IMG/VR virus record: IMGVR_UViG_3300030330_005751
Span: 1 to 43,317 of that record
DNA: 43,317 bases
Direction: 5' to 3' (one strand)
Source: a virus
Taxonomy: Duplodnaviria; Caudoviricetes
Shown: positions 14,877 through 25,436 of the stretch, piece after piece
Numbering within the stretch: position 1 is the stretch's first letter
Layout of the letters: the number at the start of each line of letters is the position of its first letter
The notes under the pieces: generated by a model
The model's input: the letters and a program-made list of their open reading frames with translations, nothing else
Told to the model about the DNA's origin: nothing
The model's database searches: none
Position numbers and translations under genes: made by a program

Positions 14877-15368
14877 TCATGCTGGTTCGGTAGGCCACTC
14901 CATGGTGTGTGGAAAACCTTCAGATGTTGGAAGGTTGCGGAGACTTTGTCTGTAACTAGTCCAAGCAGCCTTGTCAGTGTCGGACAAAGGACTGTCGGTT
15001 AAAACGGTCCAGTCGCAGGCAGCCAGCTTGCGGTTACGCTCTGCACGAACGCTGGCAGCAGCTTGGTTGTCGATCTTGGTGCGGTAAGCGGCTTCCTGTT
15101 CAGCAGCAGTCCCTTCTTCGTTGTCAGTGAACACCGGACCAACGATGAACTTGGTAAACCACTGGCCGTTGATTTCTTCAACACCGTCACGCACGCTGCG
15201 TTCATACGGTCCAGACGTACTTGCAGCAGGTCCATTCAGCACAGGGTCATAGCCGAACCCATCAAGAATGTCGGCTGTGATCTGCTTAGGGAATGACGTT
15301 CCAGGGTTATCAGCACGGAGCTGACTGTCGGTGATGACGGCACCAGTGGAGCGGTTGCGGATTTCCAT
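14877..15368 (-). CDS. tail fibre assembly chaperone-like protein
   Basis: VRAERNRKLAACDWTVLTDSPL...WTSYRQSLRNLP...WPTEP, downstream of the fibre genes. Confidence 0.8.
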   Translation of the reverse strand: MEIRNRSTGAVITDSQLRADNPGTSFPKQITADILDGFGYDPVLNGPAASTSGPYERSVRDGVEEINGQWFTKFIVGPVFTDNEEGTAAEQEAAYRTKIDNQAAASVRAERNRKLAACDWTVLTDSPLSDTDKAAWTSYRQSLRNLPTSEGFPHTMEWPTEPA

Positions 15369-15370
15369 GA

Positions 15371-17329
15371 TCAGGCGATGGCGAAGAAGAGATAGGTGTG
15401 GCCGCTTACGTTGAAGCCCTGAGCTGCGGCAGTTTCGTTCACCACTCTAAATCCAGAGCTAAGCGGATCAATTACGTCAAACTCGTAAGGGGCAAAGCTG
15501 TTATTAAGGGTGAAATACTTTTCAGTGCCGCTATTGATTCCGCGTGAGGTGTCAAACACGTTCCAATCCCCAACCTGGTTTATTTTTTTGATGATGACAA
15601 ACCGTGCACCATTTGTAAAGCCGCAATCTACGTCTACGTCAGTACTGCCGCCTGCCCCCGAATACGTACCGATTTTGGAAATGCCAGAAAGGCTGGCAAA
15701 CAAAAACGCGACATAGCTCCCACTGGAGCTGTTGACATCAGAAGCAGTGCCAACAGTAAAAACACTAGAGGTTGGGGCTGTATTGTTCCAGCGCGTGCTT
15801 GTTGTTGTTTCGGCAGCATTAGAGTCAAGCCTTAAATACTTACCCGCGCCTGTGCCTGAAGAATAAACACGCCAAGCCCCAGAAGCATCTCTTCTTTTTA
15901 CAATCATAAGTTCAGGCGTTGCAGCTAAATTATGGGTTACAGTTCGATTAGAACCTGTTCCATCGTAAAAAACAAGATCGGCAAATTCTGGCGCACGTCT
16001 GAACATGTATACATAATCGTTTGAGTCTGAGCTTGTTAAGTCGCCATAGCCATTGTTGTAATTAAATTTAGTCGTATTACTGCTATCAGAAACGCGTGCA
16101 GTATTCTCGTTGGCTTGTATGTATTCATTTGCGTGCCTATTTCTAAAACTAGGTCCTCCCGTGGCATGAACATTGAATCTATTCAACAGAAAATCGACAG
16201 GAAAGTTTGATGTGTACTGAGGAGTGTTTGTAGATGCTGGGCTTTTATTGTCAATAGCAAACACATCCGTTCCAGTCTCGGGCGGCTTATGCGGACGGCG
16301 AATTGCGATGTAGATGTAACTGGCACCATTTCCGTTTGCATCGCCATCAGAGCCTTCTACTTGAAAACCAGTTTCTGTGGGGCCTCCGTATTGATGCACA
16401 GAGGCTGCAGCGGAGGTGTTTGCGTGGATGTACTCGTCTACCTCGGCAGCAGTAGTAAACCCTCTCATTGTATCGAACATCAACCAGTTCCCATTAGCAC
16501 TGGTCTTTTTAATGATTACCCACTGAGGCTCAAAACCAAGTGTTATTTGGTTGCCATCCGATCCAGTGCCGGTATAGCTTCCACACTTAATAATCGACTG
16601 ATCACCATTCTCACCAAAGACTGGCTCATCGTGGGCAAATAAATACGCTACATAGGTTTCACCGTTTCCATTTAATTTAACGTTGCTTCCTATTGTAAAT
16701 ACGGAAGCAGTAGGAGCTGTGTCTGCAAACAAATCATTGTTACTTCTAGCATAGGGTTCATTCAAAAAAGTAACATAATCTTGTGGAGATGAAGAGTCTG
16801 TTCCTCGGTGATAGACAACCCAATCATCATTGCCGCTAAGCCGTTTAACCCAAACACTGCCTGGAACGCTACCTAAATTGTGGGAGATATTACGGGCATA
16901 ACTTCCGTCTCCGGTGTAGGTAACGATGTCAAAAAATCCAGGGCACTTGCGGAAGGTCCATCCTACGTGATCAGCGTTAGTGTCATTTTCGTTATTGAGA
17001 GCTGAGCCAAGAGAGAAGCCATTGTTGTTAAAACTTGTAAGACCGTAGGTTGTATAAATGCCAGTCATGGCAAATTGTGCCGCACTGCTATCGGTGCGCA
17101 GAAAACCAGCGTTTCTGCCTCTAGCAGTGTCATATACGCTGTATTGAGTAGAGCTATCTCTTCGTTTAAGCCATACCATTCCCCCTTCACCGCTTAAATC
17201 AATTCCGTTAGTAATCGTCTGAGCAGATCCAGTGCCGTCATACAAAAACGTTGAAAATACGTCGTCAACGTAAGTGCGGTCAGCAGCTGCATTGCCTGCA
17301 GCGGCCAAAGTAAGCTTTTGGCTAAGCAT
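15371..17329 (-). CDS. tail fibre / receptor-binding-like protein with duplicated beta domains
   Basis: Repeated Y(D/T)G(T/D)G...HNL...P...VKR...W.VY units and G(S/T)Y.G.G...GF...VIIK...W..FDT.RG units. Confidence 0.7.
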   Translation of the reverse strand: MLSQKLTLAAAGNAAADRTYVDDVFSTFLYDGTGSAQTITNGIDLSGEGGMVWLKRRDSSTQYSVYDTARGRNAGFLRTDSSAAQFAMTGIYTTYGLTSFNNNGFSLGSALNNENDTNADHVGWTFRKCPGFFDIVTYTGDGSYARNISHNLGSVPGSVWVKRLSGNDDWVVYHRGTDSSSPQDYVTFLNEPYARSNNDLFADTAPTASVFTIGSNVKLNGNGETYVAYLFAHDEPVFGENGDQSIIKCGSYTGTGSDGNQITLGFEPQWVIIKKTSANGNWLMFDTMRGFTTAAEVDEYIHANTSAAASVHQYGGPTETGFQVEGSDGDANGNGASYIYIAIRRPHKPPETGTDVFAIDNKSPASTNTPQYTSNFPVDFLLNRFNVHATGGPSFRNRHANEYIQANENTARVSDSSNTTKFNYNNGYGDLTSSDSNDYVYMFRRAPEFADLVFYDGTGSNRTVTHNLAATPELMIVKRRDASGAWRVYSSGTGAGKYLRLDSNAAETTTSTRWNNTAPTSSVFTVGTASDVNSSSGSYVAFLFASLSGISKIGTYSGAGGSTDVDVDCGFTNGARFVIIKKINQVGDWNVFDTSRGINSGTEKYFTLNNSFAPYEFDVIDPLSSGFRVVNETAAAQGFNVSGHTYLFFAIA

Positions 17330-17931
17330 TAGACGTAGCTCCCAACGTATGCAGCGTACAGCGCTGAACTAACTTTCCAGAACACTACAACGTCTTTTGC
17401 AGTCAGGGTCGGCGCAGCGTTACCTGAACCCGTAGTCCAGATTGTGCCGGTAGGCCATGTCACTGTGTTAGACGCACCAGCCTCAAGGTGCAGCACGATT
17501 GATTGGCCCGACTCAAGGGAATCGGTAAAGCTGGGGTTCCCGGTCAGGACTGAAACTTGAACAGAACCGTTGGCTGGATCGAGCGCAATCGTTCCAGTCG
17601 TTGCAAGAGTATGGACGCCCTCTTTAATTTCACCAAACGTCTGTTGTGCTGTAAACGTTTGAGCTACGTCAGTTTTGGCGGTGTCAGCGTCATATGCCTG
17701 GACAACGCTGCCAACATCTCCGTCAACGAGAATAGTGTTGCCTGCGGGCAGGTTGGCGTCGTATGCCTGGACTGAACTCCCGATGTCGCTGTCGACGACA
17801 ACGTTCGAGCCACCGTTTTGCAGGGTGCCGGTAAAGTTGGCAGTCGTTTGGGCCAGGGTGACGATGTCATCGACACTCAGCGTTTGGGTGCTACTGGTGA
17901 GCGTGTCAACTTTTACTGTTCCAAACGCCAT
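17329..17931 (-). CDS. tail fibre-associated structural protein
   Basis: D(I/V)GS.VQAYDA repeats and a beta-rich C-terminal domain; within the fibre cluster. Confidence 0.65.
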   Translation of the reverse strand: MAFGTVKVDTLTSSTQTLSVDDIVTLAQTTANFTGTLQNGGSNVVVDSDIGSSVQAYDANLPAGNTILVDGDVGSVVQAYDADTAKTDVAQTFTAQQTFGEIKEGVHTLATTGTIALDPANGSVQVSVLTGNPSFTDSLESGQSIVLHLEAGASNTVTWPTGTIWTTGSGNAAPTLTAKDVVVFWKVSSALYAAYVGSYV

Positions 17932-17975
17932 TGGTTGACTAGCAGTGGGGCAGTTGTATTAAGTGTAGGCCTTGT

Positions 17976-19895
17976 CTAGCCTTTCACGATCAGCTTGGTG
18001 GCGCTAACTGCTGTTCCAGCAACAACTGATGGGTTGGCAGCTCCAATATCCAGTCTTCCGTCTGTCTGAACGTAGTATTTCTTTCCGGGGGTTAGTCCAG
18101 ACTGAGCGTCATTGATTGACCCAACAATTTGAGCGGTTGCGGTCGCTCCATTTGAATACGCTGCATCTGCAATTCCGATGTAATTATCAGCTGTTAAGTT
18201 TGTTGAAATGTTAGTCATTTTAATTGTGTATCCAAAACCATACCCGTTGTTGACATCAGCTCCGGTCAAAATTACTCTTTCTGCAGCCTTGTGATATGTA
18301 AGTGAAACGGAATGGTTATGGGCATTTGTGCCTGTATCTCTTGGAGTCTCGGCAGTTGGGGTAGTTCCACTAATACTTACGCGCGTAAAATAGTAACTGC
18401 CAAGGTTGTCAACGTAACCAAGAACAGGCTTGCCTGCATCAGAGTCAAAGTCAATTGAAACAGTGGAAGTTTGACCGTTGCTGATGTCAATCGGGCTGCC
18501 AAATGTTACTGAGTCACCGCTTACATTTCCGACAACACATTTAGCCTCATTCGAGTCTCCTCCATCCTTGGTGATAAAGACTACTTTGTTATTTACTGAG
18601 TCAAAACAGCCTTGTGTATGTTCAGGATCGATAGTGGTGATGGTTGCGGCGCTAGACCCATAACTACCACTAGTACCGCTTACGGTGAACACCTTTGCCT
18701 CAAGATCGCCTGAGGAGTTTCTATATAGGTGAACGTGCTTTTGTGCGTTTGCGTCGTAGACGATCGAGTTATGCCTTCCTGCTGTGCTGACAGCATTTAC
18801 GATCGTACCAAACGTGATTGAGTTGTCGCTTGGGTTAACGGTTCCAACAGCAATATGAGGTCTTGTGTCTGAGCTGCCTCTGTAAACAACGACTACCTTG
18901 CCAGCGTTTACATCAAAAGTGGCGTCAAACGGTTCCTCATCGACACTTGTATCAATTTGAACTTCAGGGCCAAGCGTAATATTAGAGCTTGCAGTTGTCG
19001 GAATCGTACCAACTTTTGCGAATAAAGTATTAGCTGAGTTTAAATAAAAGAAAACAACTCGATCGTTAGTAGAGTCATACGCAATTGCATAATTCTCCTT
19101 GTTGCCGCCATCAACTGCCGCAACATTGCTGAAAGTATGTGTAGTTCCATCGACAAAAATTGCTCTTGCTTTTGTCTCGCTTGCGCTATTTTTTCGTGCC
19201 ACAAAAACAACGGCTTGTGATCCAGACGCATAACAAGCCTTGTAAGACGTCGAAGCTAGCTCAAGACAGTCACCTGAATTGGTTACAGTGCTATTGGCAG
19301 GAGTAATCTCTGTTACCGACTTGGCAACCGGCGCTAAATCCCCATTAGTTTTTACAATTAAAGTGTCACCATTAGCAATCGCACCTGAAGCAGTGGCGCT
19401 GTAACTAGGGCTTGCGTTAACAGTAGTCCAGGTAGTCGTTCCGAGACCGTCTGTAGAAAGTAGTTGCCCTGACGTTCCAGTGTCATTGGGCAGTGTCAGC
19501 GTGTAGCTAGCGCCTGCACTGTGCGGTGGGCCTTTGACAAGAATGCCGTGTGAGTTGTTCTCACAATTCAGCTTGATCGCACCAGAGCCGCGAGTTGAAT
19601 TGCCCTTAAAAACGACTTGACCAGAACCATTCGGGTCCAGATTTATATCACCGTTGCTGGTGCTAACAATATCGTTCCCGTCAACATCAAGGTCTCCTCC
19701 AAGTTGAGGAGTGGGATCAGTAACTAAATCAGTGCTTGCTGGAGTTGTAAACGACAGGTTGCCATTACCGTCGGTGGTCAGCATTTGACCGTTCGATCCA
19801 TTGCCGTTAGGCAACTTCAACGTATTGTCTGCGGCGGTAGCCGGGGCTTCAATTTCTACGAAGCCGGTTGTTTGGCCTTTGAGTCGGATTCCCAT
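17976..19895 (-). CDS. tail fibre protein
   Basis: TL.LP...G..GQ.L.TDG.G fibre modules, TPQLGGDLD, then propeller-like (Y/F)D....(K/R)VV...V.FG repeats. Confidence 0.75.
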   Translation of the reverse strand: MGIRLKGQTTGFVEIEAPATAADNTLKLPNGNGSNGQMLTTDGNGNLSFTTPASTDLVTDPTPQLGGDLDVDGNDIVSTSNGDINLDPNGSGQVVFKGNSTRGSGAIKLNCENNSHGILVKGPPHSAGASYTLTLPNDTGTSGQLLSTDGLGTTTWTTVNASPSYSATASGAIANGDTLIVKTNGDLAPVAKSVTEITPANSTVTNSGDCLELASTSYKACYASGSQAVVFVARKNSASETKARAIFVDGTTHTFSNVAAVDGGNKENYAIAYDSTNDRVVFFYLNSANTLFAKVGTIPTTASSNITLGPEVQIDTSVDEEPFDATFDVNAGKVVVVYRGSSDTRPHIAVGTVNPSDNSITFGTIVNAVSTAGRHNSIVYDANAQKHVHLYRNSSGDLEAKVFTVSGTSGSYGSSAATITTIDPEHTQGCFDSVNNKVVFITKDGGDSNEAKCVVGNVSGDSVTFGSPIDISNGQTSTVSIDFDSDAGKPVLGYVDNLGSYYFTRVSISGTTPTAETPRDTGTNAHNHSVSLTYHKAAERVILTGADVNNGYGFGYTIKMTNISTNLTADNYIGIADAAYSNGATATAQIVGSINDAQSGLTPGKKYYVQTDGRLDIGAANPSVVAGTAVSATKLIVKG

Positions 19896-22800
19896 CAGCT
19901 AATGACCCAGAAACTACCGCTCGGCACCGTAACTGTAGCAGCGGCGTTAACCGTCAAAGGACCTGCAGAAATGACGTTTTTGTTTGAACTGATTGTGTAA
20001 CTCGTTGTGATCGTATTGTCATGCTCAATAGCCCATTGATCGCTACCGCCACCGGTTGCGCCGGTTGCAGCGTCGGCCCAAGCAATAGCACCTGATGCGC
20101 CACCGCTCGTAAGAACTTGTCCACTGGTGCCGTAGTTTGCACCGGCGATACCGACCTGTCCAGCCGGACCAACGCGCAAGCGCTCGCTGCCCTCGGTTGT
20201 GACTTTGAAGTGACCGTTAGAACCGGTGTCAACAACTTCGGCTTCGCTGTTGCCTTCGACAATCTTGTCAGTGTCAGCAGCGGTGCCATTTGAAGCTGCG
20301 GTAATTCGACCTTGAGCGTCAACAGTGACGCTCGCCAAGGTGTAGCTGCCTGCAGTCACTGCGGTGTCTGCCAACTTGGCAGCAGTAACTGCATCATCGG
20401 CGATCTCGCTGGTGCCGATCGTTCCGGAGGCCGCAGCAGTGATTCGACCTTGAGCGTCGACAGTGATGTCAGCTGCGGTGTACGAACCAGCAGTTACAGC
20501 GGTGTTATCAAGGTCGACAGTGATAGAGCCGCTGCTAGTAACTGGCCCGCCTGATGCAGTGAGACCTGTTCCGCCGGTGACGTTGACGCTTGTAACCGTT
20601 CCAGGGTTTCCAGCTGTTCCGCTTGATGCGGCGGTGATACGTCCTTGCGCATCAACTGTGATGCTGGCGTTTGTGTAAGAAGCAGGTGTGACAGAGGTGT
20701 CCGCAAGTTTTGCTGCGGTAACTGCGTCATCAGCAATTGTTAGAGCGCCAGAGTTGCTGATGGTGGCATCACCCGTCATCGCAACGCCGGTCGGAACACC
20801 GCTGCTGTTAGCGACAATCATCTGACCAGCGGTCAGGTTTGCCAGCTTCGTCAGCGCAATGCTGCCAGCCAACATTGCATTGGTGACTGTTCCGGTATCC
20901 CCCGAAGTCACCAGGGTGCCAGAAATATCGGGGAAAGTGAGCTCGCGATCAGCGGTGGGGTTGACGAAGAGGAAGCGGGTTTCGTACTCGTCAGCAGAGC
21001 TCCCCTCGAATGTCAGTGTCGAGGCTGTACCGAGAACAACATCGCCGCTAAAGGTTGCCGTTCCAGAGAAGTTGGGGTTAGTGCCTGCAACCTTTTCAGT
21101 GTCAAGCTCCTCAATGGCCGCTTGGACATTTGTCGACCCGATATTGCCCGTAGCCGCAAAACTGACGTTGTTTGCAGTTGTTGCCGCAAGCGCAGCGGAC
21201 AAGTCAAGAACCTGCCAGCTTGAACCGGTTGACAGCAAAAAGTCCGGCGGGGCCAGAGCTTCAGCTGGAGCGTTACCTGATCCGGTGCCGCTAATGGAAA
21301 CGGTTACGTAGTGGTTGGAGTTAGAAGCAGCAGGTGCAATAAGAGGCTGGCCAACAGTCAGGCCAATCGCAGTTCCCTTTGGAGTTACGGAAGCAATTAA
21401 GTTAGTGCTTGCGTCGTACGTACCAGCGAAAACAATCTCGCCGCTAACGATGTCAATCGCTTTAAATGATGTACCTGTCCAAATGTACAAGTCATCGTGG
21501 AATTCATCGTATAGAAACTCTCCTGTGTAGTTAGCAGTTCCAAAGTTGACGACGCCGGCAGTGTCCGGAGCACCGGCAAAACGAACAGTTGACTGGTCTG
21601 CAAGTTTGTCACCCGTGACCGCATCGTTAGCAATTAATGCTGTTCCAATTGTTCCAGAAGTAATTTTTGCGGCGCTGATATTTGGAATATCGGCATCTGT
21701 AAGAACGGTTCCGCCGGTAATAATTCCCTTGGCGTTGACGGTAACTTTGGTGTGCGGTCCAGCGGCAACACCGCTTGCTGGAATATTGATGTTGCCGGCA
21801 ACGTCTACTTCCAAGCCCGATGTCGCGGGAATGCTGATTCCGCCGACACTGGTTGAGGTTGCAACTGGGAGATCAGTGCCAGAAAGTGCAACACTGCCGG
21901 TAATCAAACCGTCGGCGTTATATGTAATGCCGGCAGAGGTTGCTGGGGTAACCGTGTTGGCAATGCTCAGTTCGCCGGCTGCAGTTACAGACAGGCCAGA
22001 AGTCGTTGGAACAGAGACACCGCCAAGTGCGGTTGTTGTTGCTTCAGGTAAATCGCTTCCAGTGAGAGCTGTGGTACCGGTGATATGACCTTGTGCATCA
22101 AAGGTGATTCCCGAGGTCGTACCAGCAGTAACTGAATTGGTGTGACCAATTGCTCCGCCGACTTTGTCGAGGCCACGATCCAAAGAAGTGGACGGGACTT
22201 TTGCTGCAGTAACTGTGTTGTCGCTTAGTTTTGTTCCGTCAATACCAGAAGCTAGTTTTGCATCAGTAACGTTGCCGTCGGCAATTTTTGCAGTGGTTAC
22301 GTTGGCGTCTGCAATCTTGGTTGTGATTACTGAGTTAGCCGCCAGCTCAGTGCTCTCAATCGCATTGGCTGCAATCTCAGTATTTGTAATGCTGTTCAGC
22401 TCGATGTTGACCGCACCAACGGCTCGGTCAGCGATCTTGTCTTGCGTGACGCTGTCGGTTGCAAGCTTGCTAGCTGTAACGCTGCTATCGGTCAGCTTTG
22501 CACCAGGGATGCTGCCATCAGCAAAGTTGGTTTTCTCGTAACCAATCGTGCCACCAATGATCTTCGAGTTGCTAACTGACAGATCGGCCAGCTTGCTGTT
22601 GACGATTGACCCATCGGAAATTTTTGACGCGTTTACCGCGCTATCCGCAATCTTGGGTCGAGTAACTGCCCCGTCTTGAATATCTGCTGTTTGTACCGAG
22701 TCTGCGGCAAGCTTGTCGGTCGTAATTGCGTTGTCGGCGATCTCGGTCGTCCCAACGGCAGAAGGGGCGATCTTGGCGTTGGTTACGGCGTCGGCAGCAA

Positions 22801-23644
22801 TTTCGCTGGTACCAACAGAGCCAGTTGCAAGCTCAGTAGATGTGACGCTGCCGGAACTAAGTTTTGCTCCAGGAATGTCGCCATCAGTAAAATTAGTTTT
22901 TGCGTAAGTGACCGCACCGTCTGCAATCTTAGCGGTGGTTACAGCGTCGCTAGCAAGTTTGGCTCCCGTAACGTTTGCGTCATTAATTTTTGCGGTAGTT
23001 ACTGAAGAAGACGCAAGTTTTGCAGCAGTGACGTTTGCGTCAGCAATGTTTGCAGTTTCAACTGCGTTGTCCGCCAGTTTGGCATTCGTTACTGCATCTG
23101 CACCGAGCTCGCTTGTTGTTACAGCGCCGGCAGCAATTTCAGACGTACCAACGGCGTTGGCGGCGATGCTGTCGCTGTTTACTGCATCGGTGGCAATTTT
23201 TGCATTTGTAACCGCGTCATCTGCAATCTTTGCGGTGGTCACACCGCCGTCAGCCAAACTTGAGCTGGTGAGTGCGCCGCTAGCAAGCTTTGCTGCAGTT
23301 ACTGAACCGTCAGCAATTTTTGCAGTTGTGACTGCATCAGTTGCGAGTTTTGACTCAGTAATGTTGGCGTCAACAACCGACGCTGTTACGACTGCATTCG
23401 AAGCCAGTTGATCCGCACCAACTGCGTCATCCGCAATCTTGGCTTGGGTGATGCCATCGTCTGCAACTTTGGCTCCAGGAATTGAGCCGTCGTCAATTAA
23501 ACTGCTGACACCTTTTTGTACCAGACCTTTTGCTGTGATCCGCTTAGTTTCGGCAGCGGATACATCATTTAGGGGAATATCGTCGGTGGCTTCTGCATCG
23601 GCCTGTGCAAGAGCCGGAAGGTCTGAAATACGAAGGTCAGCCAC
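19895..23644 (-). CDS. long tail fibre protein with decapeptide repeats
   Basis: About 40 AVTTAKIAD-type 10-residue repeats, then (I/V)TVDAQGRITAAS units. Confidence 0.85.
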   Translation of the reverse strand: MADLRISDLPALAQADAEATDDIPLNDVSAAETKRITAKGLVQKGVSSLIDDGSIPGAKVADDGITQAKIADDAVGADQLASNAVVTASVVDANITESKLATDAVTTAKIADGSVTAAKLASGALTSSSLADGGVTTAKIADDAVTNAKIATDAVNSDSIAANAVGTSEIAAGAVTTSELGADAVTNAKLADNAVETANIADANVTAAKLASSSVTTAKINDANVTGAKLASDAVTTAKIADGAVTYAKTNFTDGDIPGAKLSSGSVTSTELATGSVGTSEIAADAVTNAKIAPSAVGTTEIADNAITTDKLAADSVQTADIQDGAVTRPKIADSAVNASKISDGSIVNSKLADLSVSNSKIIGGTIGYEKTNFADGSIPGAKLTDSSVTASKLATDSVTQDKIADRAVGAVNIELNSITNTEIAANAIESTELAANSVITTKIADANVTTAKIADGNVTDAKLASGIDGTKLSDNTVTAAKVPSTSLDRGLDKVGGAIGHTNSVTAGTTSGITFDAQGHITGTTALTGSDLPEATTTALGGVSVPTTSGLSVTAAGELSIANTVTPATSAGITYNADGLITGSVALSGTDLPVATSTSVGGISIPATSGLEVDVAGNINIPASGVAAGPHTKVTVNAKGIITGGTVLTDADIPNISAAKITSGTIGTALIANDAVTGDKLADQSTVRFAGAPDTAGVVNFGTANYTGEFLYDEFHDDLYIWTGTSFKAIDIVSGEIVFAGTYDASTNLIASVTPKGTAIGLTVGQPLIAPAASNSNHYVTVSISGTGSGNAPAEALAPPDFLLSTGSSWQVLDLSAALAATTANNVSFAATGNIGSTNVQAAIEELDTEKVAGTNPNFSGTATFSGDVVLGTASTLTFEGSSADEYETRFLFVNPTADRELTFPDISGTLVTSGDTGTVTNAMLAGSIALTKLANLTAGQMIVANSSGVPTGVAMTGDATISNSGALTIADDAVTAAKLADTSVTPASYTNASITVDAQGRITAASSGTAGNPGTVTSVNVTGGTGLTASGGPVTSSGSITVDLDNTAVTAGSYTAADITVDAQGRITAAASGTIGTSEIADDAVTAAKLADTAVTAGSYTLASVTVDAQGRITAASNGTAADTDKIVEGNSEAEVVDTGSNGHFKVTTEGSERLRVGPAGQVGIAGANYGTSGQVLTSGGASGAIAWADAATGATGGGSDQWAIEHDNTITTSYTISSNKNVISAGPLTVNAAATVTVPSGSFWVIS

Positions 23645-23680
23645 AGCTCTTGACTTCTAGTGTCTAGATGGATTCTAGAG

Positions 23681-24607
23681 TTAACTCTCTTGCTCTACCT
23701 CGAGGAAGCCGTCGCCAGTTGACTGATTAGATTCCAGGCGAATCTTGTCGTTATCCTCCTGCAATAGATAGTTAGTAATAAAGGCAGTCTTCAGTGCAAT
23801 TGGACCAGTGGTGACAAAATCCATAGTCACTCGCACTGGTTCTGTAGGAGAAAACTCCAAGCCTGCATTGGTGACGCGGCCTGTGACTTCGTACCAGACA
23901 GTGTCGTTTGTGTCACTGTTGTCTCCGTAAGGCTTTGGCCCCTCTCCGACCAAAGTAAATTTTGCGCCGAAAGTGCTGCCCGTTGTAGTACGTAAAACCA
24001 GCTGGTTGATGAAGATAGGGACCTCCGTTGCGCTTGGAGGCGTTCCACCAAAACGAGGATCGCCGTCTCTGTATTCGTAATCGAAGAAAGCTGTAAGGCG
24101 GCCACTTCCGCTAATCAGACCAGAAACGTTGCGACGAAAGTCGTCGGACAGTGCTGTAGTGTCGACGGACTCCCGTTCCGTATTCAACTCAAAGTTGGTG
24201 ACCTGGCCGAGCACTCGGTAGTCCGCGTCTTTCAAAGTTACGCGGATTGGAACAGGGTTCGTAATGTTGTCCAGGCTTTTGCGCCCGGCAGCTTCACCCG
24301 AGATTGCGTCATCGAAAGACCCAAACAGGCGGATACCGCCGGCCTCGTCGACGTTTACGTAAAACGTGCCGTCGGGGTGCTTTGTGTTGTCGGGCCAAGC
24401 AGACGCAGAAACGAACGCGAGGTTTGTGCCGTCGGTGTTGCGAATCTCGACGCGGTCTCCTGTGACCAACGCACCAGCGGGGAAGATAAAGCTGAACCTG
24501 TTGCGAGATCCGTTGACGTCAGAAGGCTGGACTTGGCCTGTAATGCTGAAGTCTTCGGAGGCTCTTTTCAGTTCAACTTTGCCGGTCTCGCCAAGGAGAA
24601 CTGCCAT
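23681..24607 (-). CDS. minor tail protein, tail-tube-like paralogue
   Basis: LGQVTNFELNTERESVDTT..GLISGSG aligns by eye with the major tail protein. Confidence 0.65.
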   Translation of the reverse strand: MAVLLGETGKVELKRASEDFSITGQVQPSDVNGSRNRFSFIFPAGALVTGDRVEIRNTDGTNLAFVSASAWPDNTKHPDGTFYVNVDEAGGIRLFGSFDDAISGEAAGRKSLDNITNPVPIRVTLKDADYRVLGQVTNFELNTERESVDTTALSDDFRRNVSGLISGSGRLTAFFDYEYRDGDPRFGGTPPSATEVPIFINQLVLRTTTGSTFGAKFTLVGEGPKPYGDNSDTNDTVWYEVTGRVTNAGLEFSPTEPVRVTMDFVTTGPIALKTAFITNYLLQEDNDKIRLESNQSTGDGFLEVEQES

Positions 24608-24999
24608 TACAGGTCAATATCCAAGTAGTCGCCGGTCATTTGGAAGCTAAGGTCAGCGGTCATAACTTCGCCGACGCTGCAAGTTACGTTGACACTGGTG
24701 ATAAAAGCGTTGAAGTCCAGGTCTTTATCGTCCCAGCGCAATTCGAGGCGGTGTGAGGTTGGGGTTGTGGTGCTTACGGCGGTGGCAAGAATGCTTTGTA
24801 GTGTGCTGTTGTCGTCGTGGTACATGATCGTGCAGGTAGCCGTTGCGGTCTTCAAACCTGCGCGGTAGCTACGTGCCCCATCACCAAGATCAGTTGTTTC
24901 CAGCGTGTCGACGTTGCTGGTAAAGGACCAGTTGCGAACGCGCACCTGCGTCTGACCGTTAAAAACAAGGACTCCGTCTTGTCCTGTAAAAACTGCCAT
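24607..24999 (-). CDS. minor tail protein, tail-tube-like paralogue
   Basis: VRNWSFTSNVDTLETTDLG..GLKTATAT aligns with VREWSFEITRDEIDVTTIG of the major tail protein. Confidence 0.7.
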   Translation of the reverse strand: MAVFTGQDGVLVFNGQTQVRVRNWSFTSNVDTLETTDLGDGARSYRAGLKTATATCTIMYHDDNSTLQSILATAVSTTTPTSHRLELRWDDKDLDFNAFITSVNVTCSVGEVMTADLSFQMTGDYLDIDL

Positions 25000-25032
25000 G
25001 ATGCGTGCCGATAGGTGGCCAGTAGTTCAATT

Positions 25033-25434
25033 CTAGCCGTCTAGATAGGCACAGAATTTACACTGAACGGTTGAGATACCGGGCTGCACGCTCTGTACTT
25101 TTGGGGCTTCCATATAACGCCATTTCAAACCTTCCGGTTCGTTAGCCAAGAAAGTTTTTAAGCTCCCGTCTAAGCCACTCAAAGCAGGATTATTGGTTTG
25201 GAACCGTACGTAGTTCCATTCGGAATTTACTAAAATGTAGTTGTTGACAATAGACTGTGCTTTGTCGTCGGTGATGTTTGCAAAGGTCATCGACAGCTTT
25301 GCATTGACGCGTTTGTTGCTATAGCGCACCACCGTGGTAGCGCCGTTCTGTGCTTCAAAAAGCGTTTGCGGATACGTACCAGGGTCGAATGACCTGCTCG
25401 TAGGCGCGATAGATGGGAAGTCCCTGGCGGCCAT
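25033..25434 (-). CDS. distal tail / minor tail protein (lambda gpM-like)
   Basis: Size, position in the tip cluster and beta-rich pattern. Confidence 0.55.
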   Translation of the reverse strand: MAARDFPSIAPTSRSFDPGTYPQTLFEAQNGATTVVRYSNKRVNAKLSMTFANITDDKAQSIVNNYILVNSEWNYVRFQTNNPALSGLDGSLKTFLANEPEGLKWRYMEAPKVQSVQPGISTVQCKFCAYLDG

Positions 25435-25436
25435 GT

